Source of the DNA: Ptychomitrium polyphyllum
Lineage: Eukaryota
Assembly (NCBI GenBank): GCA_973851085.1
Contig: OZ316776.1
Coordinates: 7,750,001-7,814,000 of the forward strand
Direction of reading: 5' to 3'
Length of the DNA: 64,000 nt
Both the position numbers and the translations under genes were made by a program. Below the pieces are notes generated by a model. That model made no database searches. It had not been told where the DNA came from and saw only the letters and a program-made list of their open reading frames with translations. Positions 11,181-25,400 of the stretch are shown here, piece after piece (position 1 is the first letter of the stretch; each line of letters begins with the position of its first letter).

Positions 11181-14100
11181 GAGCAGCTTTCGATTTTCCA
11201 CCTGAACAAAGTAATCATAATTGCATCAGTACTATAGGTCAAACCTCTAGAATTTTTTTGCAGAGTTCCATACTCTGGCATTCCCCAAAGCCATACAAAA
11301 TAAAACATGAGACTTGATTTATTTCTTTGCATGTGAATTAGGTCTCTCAACTTCTCTCTCAAAATAAGCTGCCGCATTGCGACATTGCTTACTGAGTAAC
11401 CAACTTCTCACGAGTACATTAAATCACTCTAATTCATTCAAAGATCATTGCCTTAAGCACCACTTTTTACTACAATGCACATGCTATGACGCTCTTCAGT
11501 AAGTCGACTCAGGTCCACCATAGACACTAGTTCATGTACAATATCCTAGAACCTCTGAAACCGAAAAGTCTTCAGAGAAAACCTACAGCACATGGCAACC
11601 TCTGTCATATGTGTATGCAAACCGGCATACAGTACTAAAAATTCTTATAGCCAAACCCATATTGCGCAAAGTGATGCAAATGTAGTAATGTCATTGAGAT
11701 GCAAGCTGCACAGATACCTACAAGAATCGACAAGGCTCACAAAAAGGCATAGAATTCAGAAGAGCTAGATCACGAGTACCTTGAGCTTGAGCAGCTGAAG
11801 GAGCTTTCTTCTTGTGGTAATGAACCCGTCACAGCGGACGATTTGAGAAGAACTGAAGCAGAGGTATATGTATGAAAGCACAGGTAGTTTCAATTCGCCG
11901 CATTTAAGGGAATCCGTGTAGAGTGGGTGGTCCTGTGAAGAAGCGGTGAGTATTGACGGTGTGATTTGGAGAATGGCATTACGGTGGGTCAACAGTGCTG
12001 TTGACAAGTTTGCATCCTGAATCCTGCCATTAAAGTTTGCGATGTTTGGCAGCTTCATTGGCGATCTCTCTGTCAGGGAAGTTGTCAAGCGACACTGTCC
12101 GGTTTGTTTAATGACATCCAACTACTTGAGTCTACCGTGATGCATGCCTCGAAACTTCCTTCAGTTCTGGAAGGAAACTAGTGGAACTGAAAATGGAGTA
12201 CAAGGATTTCAATTTGTTTTTCCTGAAAATTGAACCTGAAAACCTACCTTATAGGATCCAACTAACTTCAGAAATGGATTGCAACTGAGTTCAGTCCAAA
12301 TTAGAAGAAATTTTTCTTCTAAGCAGAAGTTTTCCACAATCTGATCTGTATGACGATCCTCTTTGTAGTTGTACACTTGTACCAATGTAATATCTACAGT
12401 AGGTACTGTACATTCATGAATTCCACTTTCTAGCGTTGTAGCATTTGTTTGGCCAGCATAACTGAGCAAGTAATGAATTCCAACTCAAATTCAAGATGGA
12501 AATTCAGCAAAACCTGTCTGTGCAGCCTATGTGGTTGAGATTAGGTCCCATGAAATTATGTTGTGCCTTTGACAACATACCTAAGTGCCATCTGGATCAA
12601 TGGGGATGGATTTAAGACACTCGGCATTTATTATGGTGAGCTTCGTAAACGTGGAGCAAAGCTCTGACATGAATCTGACAATTGCACCTAAGCACCTTAG
12701 AGTGTTCTATTCTTAAAGGGACCTTGCATCTCCATGTAGGTATCATGTAGAAAGAAATTATTTTACAGGAAGCATGGTCCATGAAAGAAGGTTGAAAGAC
12801 ATCAAAGGCCACCTTGCACCTTCTCTCATCATTCATGGAAGAAGATATTTTTACCATATTTAAAGAATTTCAACAATGTAATAGGTTGAAATTTCAAGTT
12901 TTTTTATAAGGTTTTACACCTAGTTCCATCACCCATGAGAAAAGCAATTTTAAAATGGACAAGAAAATGAATTAACAGTTTATATGTTAATAATTATTAA
13001 AGGAAATTCTTTTTTGATTATGTTTTTTACAAGTGCTCTTAAAATGACAACCCATGAGTTGGTCTACCAAAGAAATTTTTTTCCATGTTGATTATTTTAA
13101 TGTCTTTTCCTCTAGACCATCATTTATTGAGAAAATAACCATATTTTGGGCTAAACTTTTTTGCTTCTCACATTTCTTATAGGAGATGTAAGGTGGTTCA
13201 AAAACAAAGCCTTAGTAGATGTTCATTGGACAAGGTGTAAAGATCATGGACAAAATCACAAGAAATATCAAAAATAATTATGGGTGAGCAAAGTTTGAAG
13301 CTTAGTGGGATAAAATGGTAAGAAAAAAGCACAAAAAAAGACAATATTTATTTTTTTAAAAATATCTTAATTGAGTAAAATATAAAGTTTTTTAAAACCT
13401 ATTTTATTGGATATTGTGATGATACATTGTATTGTGTAGTTATGATGCCAACCTTCATTTTCTTCTTTTTTTTAACATTTTTTTTTTTGGTCTTAAAGCA
13501 CAAATATAAGGAAATGAAAAATCTTTACTCTTGCTATCTTGACAATTTTGAAACATAGCATTATTTCAATAATATCCATTTTAAAATTCAACACTACTAA
13601 CATAATTATGCAATTATGCTTGTATACTCTATGGACTTACTTCCTTTGCATTCTTTCTTTCATCGTCTCTCTCTTTTATCATTGTTGCTGCACTATTAGA
13701 AACAATTACACAATCTACTCTCTCCTCCATCCACATACAATTCTATATCTTGTTGCATTGAACTAAAAACCAAAGAGTTTTGTCAATTTTCCTGAAAGAT
13801 GCATTGTCACATCTTGTTTCTTAACTTCTAGAATTGAAGGTGGATTGTCTTTGAAATCTTATTTATTTTAGGTTTTTAAGATGAATTGGGATTAAAAACT
13901 TGGAATCTTATCTTTAATGGCAAAAGTGGTTTGCTTATTAGATGACAACTTTGAGAGCTTGTGAAAGCTACAATGTAATCCTACATAGGTAAGATGTGTA
14001 AAGTTGCAAAGTAATGATGAGATGCGGTGCGTTGGAAGTCAAATCTAGAATTATTTCTACGTTGAGATGCAAGAGTAACAGGATTGTGAGATTTATTGCT

Positions 14101-16059
14101 GGTGCAATTGTGAACAAAGGCCTTATTTTGCCATCTTTCATTAAATTTTTTAAATTTTTAATAGAAGTATATTTCTCTTATAGACAAGCTTTTAGATTGA
14201 TATTTTAAAAATATTTTCAAAAAGGTCAAAAAGAAAAGATTTATCCACAATAATTGTTGCTATATAAACAATCAACTCATTTTCTCATTCAATTTTAAAT
14301 TTCTTTATTTGTAGACAACCAAACAAGGTGTAAAGTCATATATAAAAATTTGAAAATTTTGACCAATTGTATCATTGAAATTCTCTAAATATGACTCCAA
14401 AAAAATTCTTGTAGATAATAGAAGAAGGCATAAGGAAGCCTTCATACAATGAATTGCACATTTTCTTTTGAACCTAAAAATAGGCTCTCTATCAATTGTT
14501 ATTTATGAATAATTGAGTTTGTTAGCAAACAAATGTATGGAAGAGTTTAGCTTCATTTGGAAGAATTTTTTAACAACAAAGGAACAATTTCTTAGTGTTA
14601 TGCAGAGCTTCTTAAGGTTGTGAAGCTTATTTTAGTTTGTTTCCAAATTTGCTCTTAACTAGGTTTTGAAGATTTTTAAAAGCTCAAAACTTGTCTATAA
14701 GATGACTTTTAGGACCAATGTGATATCATAATTGTTTTAAATTTTTAATTATACTAAAAATATATTTGATATTACCAATTAAAAATAATTTGCTATGATA
14801 ATAAAACATAAATTACCAAATTAATTTCATTAATATTAAATGTCAAAAATTTACTGATTGAACCAACAAAGAATTTTATATGCTATTTATGAATAATATT
14901 ATTTTAAAAGTACTTTATTATTAAAAAAATGCCACATGACATTAAATACCATTTTAAGTATATTGTGCCCAAAATTGTGCATTTTATAATTATTGAAAAG
15001 AAATTAGATTGTATATTAATAGAAGCTATGATTTTTCAATAATTATAAATTAAATTTTTTGAAGTGACCTTTTATGTTTTACTGATGTTGTACCTCACAT
15101 AAGTTTTCTTGCACAATGCTTTTGAGCCCACAGTAATCAAATGGTTTTATAAACCATATTTGTTAGTGAGAGTTTGCAATTTAATGCCAGTCTCATTAGA
15201 TTGTCAATCAATTAGAACTCATTCAAGGAAATTTTTTAAAAATTTTAGTTACTGAAGAAAATTGATAATTGAAAGTAAATTATTTAAATCATCAAAATTA
15301 TAATTTGATGCCAAAATGAATTATTCACTATATTTACATTATAGTTTAATAGTGTAATATTTGGTGTTAATAATTTTATTGACAAATGAATCTAAGGATG
15401 GGCTGTGTTATTTTTGCATATTTGTATACTTTTGTTAAAAGATATGGTTTTGAAGAATATATTTTTTTAAAAGAATCCTACAACTAGCTAATTTATAGAA
15501 AGAAAATAAACTTTTTTAGACCAGTTAAATTTATTTCTCAACTCATCATTACCTTCTTTCACGTGAAGTAGCTAGAAGAAGATTAATTGATTATATTTTA
15601 TTCCTAATTTGACAATTTTGCTATCATTTAACATTACTTTCAAATTTTTATTAATAATAATAAGAAGAAGTTATAATTATAAATCAGTCAATTACTTATT
15701 TTAAGTTCAATAAAGATTAATTATACAAGATTTTTTGTGGATCATGTAACAAATGTAACAAAATTAAAGACTTTTTTGTGTACCCTATATAATATTTTTG
15801 ATTCATAGATTTAAAGGCATCCATATTTGTAGATATTGTGTTCAAACATTCTAGAAATTAACCTTTGAAAATATTGATATGCCTTGCAAATATTCTTCAA
15901 ATAGCTTTGGTAATTGTTAAAAATTTATTATAATAAAATCTAGCAAAAAAAAAAAAAAAAAAGTGTGAGTTATAAATTAGAATTAATGATATGATATTTA
16001 TTTGTAATCCAAATTCAAATAAAAGATATGAAAATGTTACTTAATCTATTACCACAAAT

Positions 16060-16480
16060 ATTTTGAAATATATATATATACATATATATACACAGCTTTA
16101 AAGACAATTCAACAAAGTTTTAAAAAGTTTTTAAAAGATCCAAGGAGGTTTGTAAAGTTGCTAAAGAAGCTTCTTTGGATTTTATAAGTTAAAGAAGCAA
16201 CTATAAAAGCAACTTGAGATTGCTTGGATACAAAGCACCATATTAATAGCTTCTTAAAAAGCTTCTAAAAGATTTTGAATTTAATATACAATGGAATTAA
16301 GGCTCAATTTTTTTAAAATTTAAACAACGGATTTCTTGTGGTTTAGTTTATACCTTCTAGCCTTGTACTTTGCCGTGATTTATAATTTTTGATATAAAGT
16401 TTAGTTTTCCATCTCTTTATTTTGCATCCTTGTCTTGTGCTTTTACTTGTAGTTCCTATGGATAAACATATTATGTATTA
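16060..16480 (+). mobile_element. Highly decayed LTR fragment, probably the family of the LTR at 54035
   Basis: Recurring gaagcttc/aagttt motifs and a layout like 54035-54450; termini not resolved. Confidence 0.4.
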
Positions 16481-16794
16481 TTTGCAACTATTGATTACTT
16501 TCTATTAAATGCAAGTATTATAGAGGCTATTAATAGTTCTTGTATTAATATGGAAAGTTTTATTAATAAAATTTTACACATTAAAGGAAAAGAATAAAAA
16601 ATCTTGAACTAATAATTAAAGCAAAGCAAATCCAATTTTTTTTTTATATTGCTAATACAATATAGCATTGTGAATTTTATGAGCTACTATCCATCATTAT
16701 CTTCTAACAACCATAACAGGTTGAAATAATGCATGAACATTTTTAAACTCCATATAAATCATTAATCATTTGTGATGATTACTATATTGTCTTG

Positions 16795-17122
16795 GATTTT
16801 CAAAATTAGCTTCCAAAGAGCTAATGATTAACATGAATTGATACAATGACTAGAATAAAGATACAATACAATATAATCTACAACTTGTATTGGTAAAACT
16901 AAGGTATATCTTGTACTGCTTTCTATTTATTCTTAGAATATTTTTAAAGAAGTTTTTTATGAAATTTAAGAATGTTCTAGAAGTCTATGGACTCTTCTTA
17001 AAAAGTTCCTTTGTGAGAGGTGGAACCTTCCTAAGAAGTTTTCCAAAAGGGTGGAAAGGCTATGGAAGCATTGGAAATATTCTAAGAAACTATAATATAA
17101 TATACAGAAGGTTCTAAGAAAT
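16795..17122 (-). mobile_element. Truncated gypsy LTR fragment (family of 46016-46629 and 63138-63740)
   Basis: aattagcttccaaagagctaatgattaac...ggaaccttcctaagaagttt...agaaggttctaag aligns by eye with 63185-63700. Confidence 0.75.
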
Positions 17123-18643
17123 TCGGAGATGGAGTCCTCTTTCACTTTCACAATGTGGGGGAAGTCGTTTCATTTTGGTTGCTCGCCTCCAGCAGCGGTG
17201 ATTCCTACCCAGTGCGATTCTGCATTATTTAACTGCTTCTACCATGTGCTTGAGGAATCCGTAGGGTGCTCGTGTGGTGAGTGGAGGCATCTTCTGCACC
17301 GGCAGGTGCTTTGTCTGAGGAAATTTATTTTTAGATGTTTTCTGTTGCGGTGGTTTAGTTGGCGTTGTCTCCATCAGTTGCCGCATTGAGCTATTGCGAT
17401 GTCCATTTCTAGTCGACGACAGTGCGGCGGCATGCGGAGATAGTTTAAACTTGTTGTAGTAAGTGATTTACAAGTGGTCAGCGTAGGGTATACATGACAT
17501 TGAGTGGATAGTTCCCCATCACTGTACGCTCACCGCACAGGTATTTCTTGAAGAATTCAGAGGCATGCTGAATAATTCATCATAGTTAGACTGCAGTGTA
17601 ATTTTGAATTTTGTGAACTGTTTCTCGCCCCTGGCTTAGTGTGGGCTGGACCTACCAAGAGTTTCTGTTGGAGGAAAACAGTGACCCTGGGTTCTTGCTC
17701 TCAAGACTCAAGCGTCTACAAGGCTTATAAGGTTTGATGTAATTTTGTCTAGGTCACACCATCCTAAACTTTGCCTATATGGTAAGTGTGTGCTTGAGGG
17801 GTGGCCAGGGGTGTTGGTGAGTGTGATTGTAGTTTGTGTCCTTAGGTTTCTGTTTGAAGCTAATTGCTATTATAAAATCATTCTGATTTGCCATTCTCAG
17901 ATTCTTAAAAAAATCTCAAGCCCTGCGTGTGGGTGCATAAGCTAAGAACGTCGATATGCATTGGCTCCATTTCTGGTCTTTGATTTTGCAATGCAGACCA
18001 ACTTATGATGATGACAAAGGTGCTTCTCAGTGATTGTTCTTCCCTATATCTAAATTGAGACTTTCCTGGTCTATGTCAATTTAAATATCCAAATATTAAG
18101 GTCAATCGATGGTTTTGTTTTCTAATGTGCAGGTTTTTATGGGAATGCAGGTATAGATGGAAGCCCAACTAAAATTGCAAGCGACACTATCATGGACAAA
18201 GGAGTGTGTAATGATTTTCAATGTTTCGTGTATCTGCTAGCAGATAGCAGGTAACAGGTAGCAGTCAAAATACTCATTTGCTGTCACTTGCACAACATTC
18301 GACCTTAAAAATTAACCAAAAACTTATACTTACATACACATATATATGTAAACGAAGATATGTACATATATATTCATGTTCATGTTCTTTAGTTCCTATT
18401 GTACGAGTTGCAATGCAGGAGTGAATCAATACTGCCACTATTTATAAGTTATCAAGATTGCTAGGTTTAGGCACTAATTATCCCGCAAGAGCCTAATTTT
18501 TATGTTATCAAATGCAGGCTACCAGTTGTCCAGATTATTGTCCAACGAGTTTGCAGTGACTGCTGAACCTGAATGCGCAGTGTGTGGACGGTTTGGAGCT
18601 CACATCTTGATAAGGTGTCAAGTGAAGTGAGAGAGGTGATCAA

Positions 18644-19458
18644 ATGGCCCATCCAAATAGTGCTGGTGTCGGAATAGGTACTAATTTGGGCACATCGGGC
18701 ATTGTTGAGCTCGTGAAGGCATGTAGGATAGCGGCGAGGTATAAATCGGAATGCGGAAAACTGGCGGTCAAGCTCGAATCCATCAAACCTGATGTAGGGG
18801 ACTTTATACATCTGGTGGAAGAACTGCGCAAACTTGAACTCAACACCAAAAAGACTGACATGAGGATTGTAGCAAGATGGTTGCAGGAGTTCAAGGTTGA
18901 ACTTCTTGATTCTGGTGCCGCAGTGGATCAAAGCTCTAAAAACGATTATAGCTCTAAGCTCTAAAAACGATTATAGCTCTAAAAACAAAGTGGTCAAAAC
19001 AATATTTTCTATCAAAAAGGATTAGTGCGCATATCATGAAGATTGAGAAGCTCGAGGATCAACTGCCGAGTATGAGCGTTTCGTTGCAAATACTGCGTAA
19101 CCTGGTGACGGGGAGGAGGTCCCAGGTGGAATTTCCAGAATCATATACCATCTGGGTAAAACAGAAAAACGATATTCTCCGTCGTGCGGACGATACCAAA
19201 CGCCATGAAGCCGCTTGTTGCTCTGCTGCACAGGTTCACAATATCCATGGCGACCTGGCAATCTACACAGAGGATGCGATCCAGCACTCATATCCTTACC
19301 TCAACCAACCTAGCCCTCAATTTAATGTCTCATCTCCTCAGGTGAGTCCTCCCGGCTCTCAATTTCCAGTCATGACCCACCCTGGCTCTCAGTTCCCACC
19401 ATCTCCATTCATAAATCACCCTAACTCTCAGGTTCACCCGAGCTATAATCGTCGTTAG
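18644..19458 (+). pseudogene. RPW8/CC-R-like coiled-coil gene without NB-ARC/LRR, frame-disrupted (pseudogene, or rescued by a short intron)
   Basis: ORF 18644-18964 reads ...GIVELVKACRIAARYKSECGKLAVKLESIKPDV...RWLQEFKVELLDSGAAVDQ. It continues in another frame as LKTKWSKQYFLSKRISAHIMKIEKL (18979-19458), matching the RPW8 helical pattern by eye. A perfect 25-bp tandem duplication at 18932-18981 produces TAA at 18962. The tail is Pro/Ser/Gln-rich. Spliced 5'UTR signals lie at 17130-18520. Confidence 0.6.
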
Positions 19459-22400
19459 TACAATCATTTTTTTCAGATCAGTGTTGGCTCGTCTGATCTT
19501 CATCCTTTTTGTAAAAAAATAATGTGTGTGTGTACTAGAAGACCGATCATGCACTTCGTTCCATGCTTTTTGGTTTGGACCTTGGTGAATACTGTAACTA
19601 TTACATTTGATCTTAGCCCAGACGGAAAGCTTTGAAAGTTCTTGTGAACCACCGGCATATCTCAAATGGCGAGTTTGTCGTCAGTCAATTTTGGGAGCAA
19701 TCAATGAGGGTGTTGTATGGCATCTTGTCCTTAAACCACCATCTTAGATTGCAGCTATTCCCAGCAGTGCTACCATTGAAAAATATGCAGTGATACGAAA
19801 GAAGATTTCATAATGAATGTAAATTTTTGACAATTTTATTTTACTTACTGGAATTACCACAAAAAATTTTAGTGAAAAGTGTTTTAGGACTTAAAAATGT
19901 GATATATCTTGACCCTAAAAACATGATATTTGCTACAAATTTCTGCTCATGACCTTACCCTAAATTATCACCACAACCTTGAGTCAGTAGATGAGGATAT
20001 GAAATGGTTAAGCATTATGGTTTGTTGTAAGACAATTGTATCATGGCTTTTTCTCTTTTCATTTCAAGGTTCGCTGTCTTTGAAACCCATTAGACTGCAA
20101 TGCAGTAACAAAGTATCTCAGATGTGATACTTTGCCCCTACTGCCTTCGTAGGTGCACTGTTTGCCACTTTTGTTGGGGTAACTGATTTATTCATCAAAT
20201 TCAATACAAGTCTCCTGAAGATATGAAAGATGTTCCAAGCGTCCCGTATGATGTCTTCTGTCTATTTCGTTTGAGCATTCGGAACGTAAAATATAAATTT
20301 CGTATTTATCGTGGACACGCCTGCGGCGGTGGTGAAACTGATGCACTTGGGATATTTGTTCTCACTGCAGTCAGTATGACATTCTATTGTAACCTTGTTG
20401 AAGCCGATTGCCAGCGCAGATTTCGACTGCTTCAATGAGAATTTAGCCCAAGTGAGAGGACAAAAAGACTGGTGCTGAATAGACTGCCCCGCCACCTAAT
20501 AGTGAACTCAAGGCTCTGCTTTAGATACTTGCTTCACACTGTGGGGTCCACGTTTACTAAGACTAGTCTTTGCGACAAATTGCCCGTTGTAGGTTCTGGC
20601 AGCTCGAAAACTTTTGATCTGCGGATATCGTCTAACAAATCCGATCTTATTCTATCACAAGCCACTGTGTCTCAGCTTCATCTCTACTTATTTTTCCTAT
20701 TCTAAAATGAATCGTGTCCTCACCTATCCTGAATTGGTCCTGGTAGCAAATGTGACAAGATGTTCAGTTCACCTTCCATGAGCATACCTCATTCATATAC
20801 ACGTGACTCTTGACAGCTAATTCTATTACAAGCAATGAGACACTGAATAATAGGCGTCAATGTTCTTCATCTTAGCTCATTTCTCCGTTAAGGAAACATA
20901 TAATCTGGACAAATTCCAGAACTCTGATTCACATGCCCTTCACATGAAAGGAAACTAATCAAGCGTCTCAATCTTCTAATTGCAGTGCTTTGCGTACCAT
21001 GAATTAGGAAATGGAGCTTACAGTGAATTAGCTGACGGAAGAACCAAACATGTCCTACTTGTAGTCTTACTTTCTGCAATTATTTGGCAGGAGTCTCATT
21101 GCAAGCACAACACTGATTAGTCAATTAGACGTTGCTCATTTTGCAATTATCTTGCTCGAGAGTTGCGCAAGACTTAAAATGGATTATTTGAGTATCATGT
21201 CACAAGGTAAAAGGATTTATCTGTTCAGCATTGGGGGCATGAGCAACTCGGATTCATCGACATTGACTACACCTATCATTTACAACCGTTGACCAATTCT
21301 CAACAAACGTGCGATGCATCAGGGTGGCAATGGAGGGATATGTTGTACGTCAGTAATCTGCTTTTATGCCGTCGATGACTGAGGTCTAAAATCTTAGTGG
21401 TGGTCTAAGATCTTAAATTTTGCTACATAATATGCAGTGGTTCATCATTGAGATTTTAGGGTTTGAGGAACGGTCTTCTTAACCACTATTCAAAAAGCAG
21501 CATTAATCCTTTTTCATGTCCAACTACACGTCGTAACAACCTAGTGAATTTGCATGGAGTTGAAGACAGGGCTACCTCCAATCGTTTATTCCTGGCAACC
21601 TGATATGACGAATTGATTGACGTTCTTGTGCTGATAGATTTGTGTTAAGAAAATGCTCTAAATATGCATTGAGATGGTATGCAATGTGAAAGAGTCCCGC
21701 TCGGCTAAGTACTTTGCTCTGGAAGGGGGAATCTCCTCCGTGCGCGGATATGCCTTCAGCTTGATGTGCTTGTCGCTGAGAATGCTTCTTCAACCTCCTT
21801 GATATTATCGTGCACTTCCGTAAGATAAATCAAGCAACGGTAGGTAGCACAGCAACCTGTCCACTATGACCAAAAATAACTTACATGATCCCTCATTGTT
21901 AATCAGAGGAGCTAAATCAAGCACGATCTGCAACTGAAGGTTTTGTTCCTGATAGACGTGAATACAGGTCCAAGGAGTCCTTTGCACTCAACAGCTGGGG
22001 CACTTGAACATAACCGGAGACGGCAACATTCAAAGGAGATGGCAATAAATGCTAAGCTAAGACCACTTGTAGTATCAAAAATATGATTTAGATCCTAAGC
22101 ATGATTCACCACGTTACTTACTTCAATTAATTTCATCATCAGCAATCAACAATGAGTCAAACCTTAAAAAATTCATCGTGGACATCGTAGGTTGTGAACG
22201 TGAACTACCAGTAAACTTAGTTCAAGGAAAATTGATCTATAGTAGCTTATACATACTAATTTCTATTCCATACAGAGTCTTCAGCTCGAGCATTCTTGCA
22301 GATTATAAATTAAACTACACAATGTTGAGATGCAGTTTGCTCCCCAAGTACAACGTCAATGCTCACCTCTGTCTACCTGCCACTCTTGCCTTCCACATGA

Positions 22401-25400
22401 AACTTCCAACTAATCCAAATTTCCAAAGTCTGACCATAAGCTCACATTCATTAGTCATTCGGATAACTGCAGCAGTATTATATGGGGGTCTTATTGCTCG
22501 TCTGCAGATTGGCATTGAAAAACCTGCTCGGGCTTATTACAGTCTCCATGCAGCTAGATATTAATTCAGAAAAACTGACCGTGTCCAAAACCGTCCAGTG
22601 AAGGCAGAAGCTGCTGCCTACCTGCCTGCCCAGAAGGATTAAGTTACAGTTGCTAATTGAATTGATCTGCAAACCATATGCAGAGTCGAGTAGCAGATTG
22701 TGCAAAGAAGCACTTCACTGACAGAAACTAATCATTGTGGGCAGACGTACTGCCTAGAGAAATATTAATCTGAAAGTGGAAAAAGAATTCAGATCAGGCT
22801 GTCATAATTAAACCCACCATACTTGTTTATAGAATCAAATTTTTGAAGACAATATTTGGGCTTAACATACTGATTGTCTTATTTGTGAGACATGGACGCA
22901 TGAGGAGGCTAACAATGTTTTACAGAGCAATTAGTTGTTTGGATCTTTTTGTACTACTTTTTAATTTTCTTTTGCTCAATACAAGACAGCTTCGTGGCAA
23001 GGATCTACAGGCCAATTGAGCATTTGAATTTAAGGGTAGCTCCATGTCTTGAAGGTAAATTCTGACTTCTCCAGTACCTCTTGATGCATGGGATGGTTGT
23101 CTGAGATAATCATCAAAGGTAATGCCCTTCTGTATGATATCAACCCTCTTGTATCATGCTGCTCCAGTGCTCAATTTCAATCTAGTGCTTGAGCTGTGTC
23201 CAGTTACAATAGTAGGTAGTACTTGGTTTACTCGAGTTAGGAAGTTTGTTTTGCCTTTTTGATGAGATGTTTGGTAGCCAGGAGCCACACACATGAACTG
23301 TGATCACTTTGGCTTCTGTTAGTACTTCTTCAGTAATAAAATCGTGTGATCTACTAGTTTTATGATATTTGATTTCATTCCATGATTATGCATAGAAATT
23401 TGTCAAGTACTAGGACACAACCATGTACAGTATGTATCCATAATTCTAAAGATGTTTGAAATAATCTAATGGGAAATGGCCCCATAAAAAAATGAAATGA
23501 TAGCTATTTGTTCAAAGTCAAGTCTTGTAACTTCAAGTTCTTAGCTAGAAAACAAACAGATTTAAAAATATTATCTTCCATCATTTCTTAGGTCTAGAAA
23601 ACTAAAATGTGATAGTTCATTGGTTTGATTCACTACAACAAATTCAATGTAAGGAAGTCAAAAGATATTCACTTAATTATTATCAAAATATGAATGTAAC
23701 CAAAACATGAATGTAAGTTAGAATAAGCAGTACTTGCATAATTAGCACTTCTAACGAACAATCAACAGAAGATATGAGGCTTAAAGAAGCCTGTCTTTTC
23801 TAGCACATATGCCAGATCTAATTCATCCATGCAGTAATCAATTTTTTCTGTAACTACATTTTTCAAATCATTACTAGCATTGCTACAAAACTAGGTTAAT
23901 TGTAGGTTAACTTGGAGGATTCTCTTGGAAAAGCTCTGAGACTCAAGGCATGAGATGTGGGTTTGATCTCTACCATCAACATTTGTGCTGAAGTACCTCT
24001 GCATGCATGCACTAGGATGATTTGTCAAGGTATCTTCTTCTTTTCTTCCTCCCTCCACAGAACTGCAAGGAAATGTGTCTCCCAGGAATGCCAGCTTGGA
24101 AGATGACGGATGAAGGTGCCCACTTCAACCCTGGCAGTATTCTTTCCAAGCCAGAAATAAAGGGCACACTGTCCTTGTGTAACTTAAATGCTCCCTAAGG
24201 TGCTACAAGACAAAGTTACCTTTCTGGTTACCAACATGAATAGGTAAAATATGGATCAAATTTTAAATCCCTTCTATTGATGGTAAATCATTAGCCATAT
24301 GAACTGAAGCTTTGGGCTTCTGTAACCCCCGGAATGGGCAACATTTGAAAATATAAAGTGGTACCTGAGCAAACTGTACCATACTCTTCATGAAAGCCAT
24401 GTCTATTGTCCTTGGCTTTGAATTTGGGAAGTGTAACTTTTTGCAGCTATTTTCTCTTTGTCGTCACATGGACTCAGAAGCTCCCCTTTGTCTCTTTGAT
24501 AGCACTTTGCTGGTATTGATAGCAGCACTGTGCAACCTGAGTTACATATACAGGATTTCTACAGCAAAAAGTTGTTACCACTCTTGCCCTGAGTTGTCCT
24601 TATTGGTAGTAAGTAAAGATTCTAAATTGATGAATAAACTTCTCATAGCAACAGTAGAAGGACATAGAATGTGTCACTATGTAATGAACACTCCTCTGGC
24701 CAACCAATAACCAGATGTCACGTTATTTGTGCTTGATGACACACCGTACTGGGCTTGATGTCCATTGATATGCACTGCACACCACAGTGCCATAATTTGA
24801 ATCTCCTGCATTTTAGATATGTGAAGGGCATGATATTAGATTTTGCTTAAAAAACAATGAAAAAATAAAGAAAAGGAAGGGGAATGGTAGGCATGTTGAC
24901 CATGATATGGAATGAAATGGACTAATGTATCAATGTAAGAAAACATCTTTGCAATAATTGGTATGCACTATAGGCGACCAATTTGTCTTCTCATCCATTC
25001 TCAAATTGTATCTCCTGCACACAACAAATTTTCTAAATATGATAAAAATCTCTCCTTATATGGATGGTAAGAAAATGTGTAAAAGAACCCTAATCCTTAG
25101 ATTTTTCAAATTTGATGTTAACAAGGGATCCATGATATAATGCCATTTAGACAATTTGCTATACATTGAAATCCTAATAGATAAAATATGAGATGAAGCA
25201 ATATTTTGGATGTGCCTTCAATATTTTGGGCTACTGAATTCACTAGGATTAGTTTGATTATATTTTGTGGATCTTGTTCATTGCTCACATGAAGTGTAAG
25301 ACCCTGTTGTTGTTATATAGGTATGTGGATTTAGTTCGTACATCTTTCATTAAATGAAGGTGTACCTAGGAAATCCTTATGCATTTATTAATAATTTCTT

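Noticed and set aside
12620..14750. Possible LINE remnant (similar hints at 38-39.7 kb and 52.2-53.2 kb)
   Set aside because: Too decayed to assign a family by eye; left as unclassified repeat-like DNA.
20313..20340. GHACGGGET as an NB-ARC P-loop downstream of the RPW8-like ORF
   Set aside because: Lacks the GxxxxGK[T/S] lysine and any following kinase-2 or GLPL motifs.
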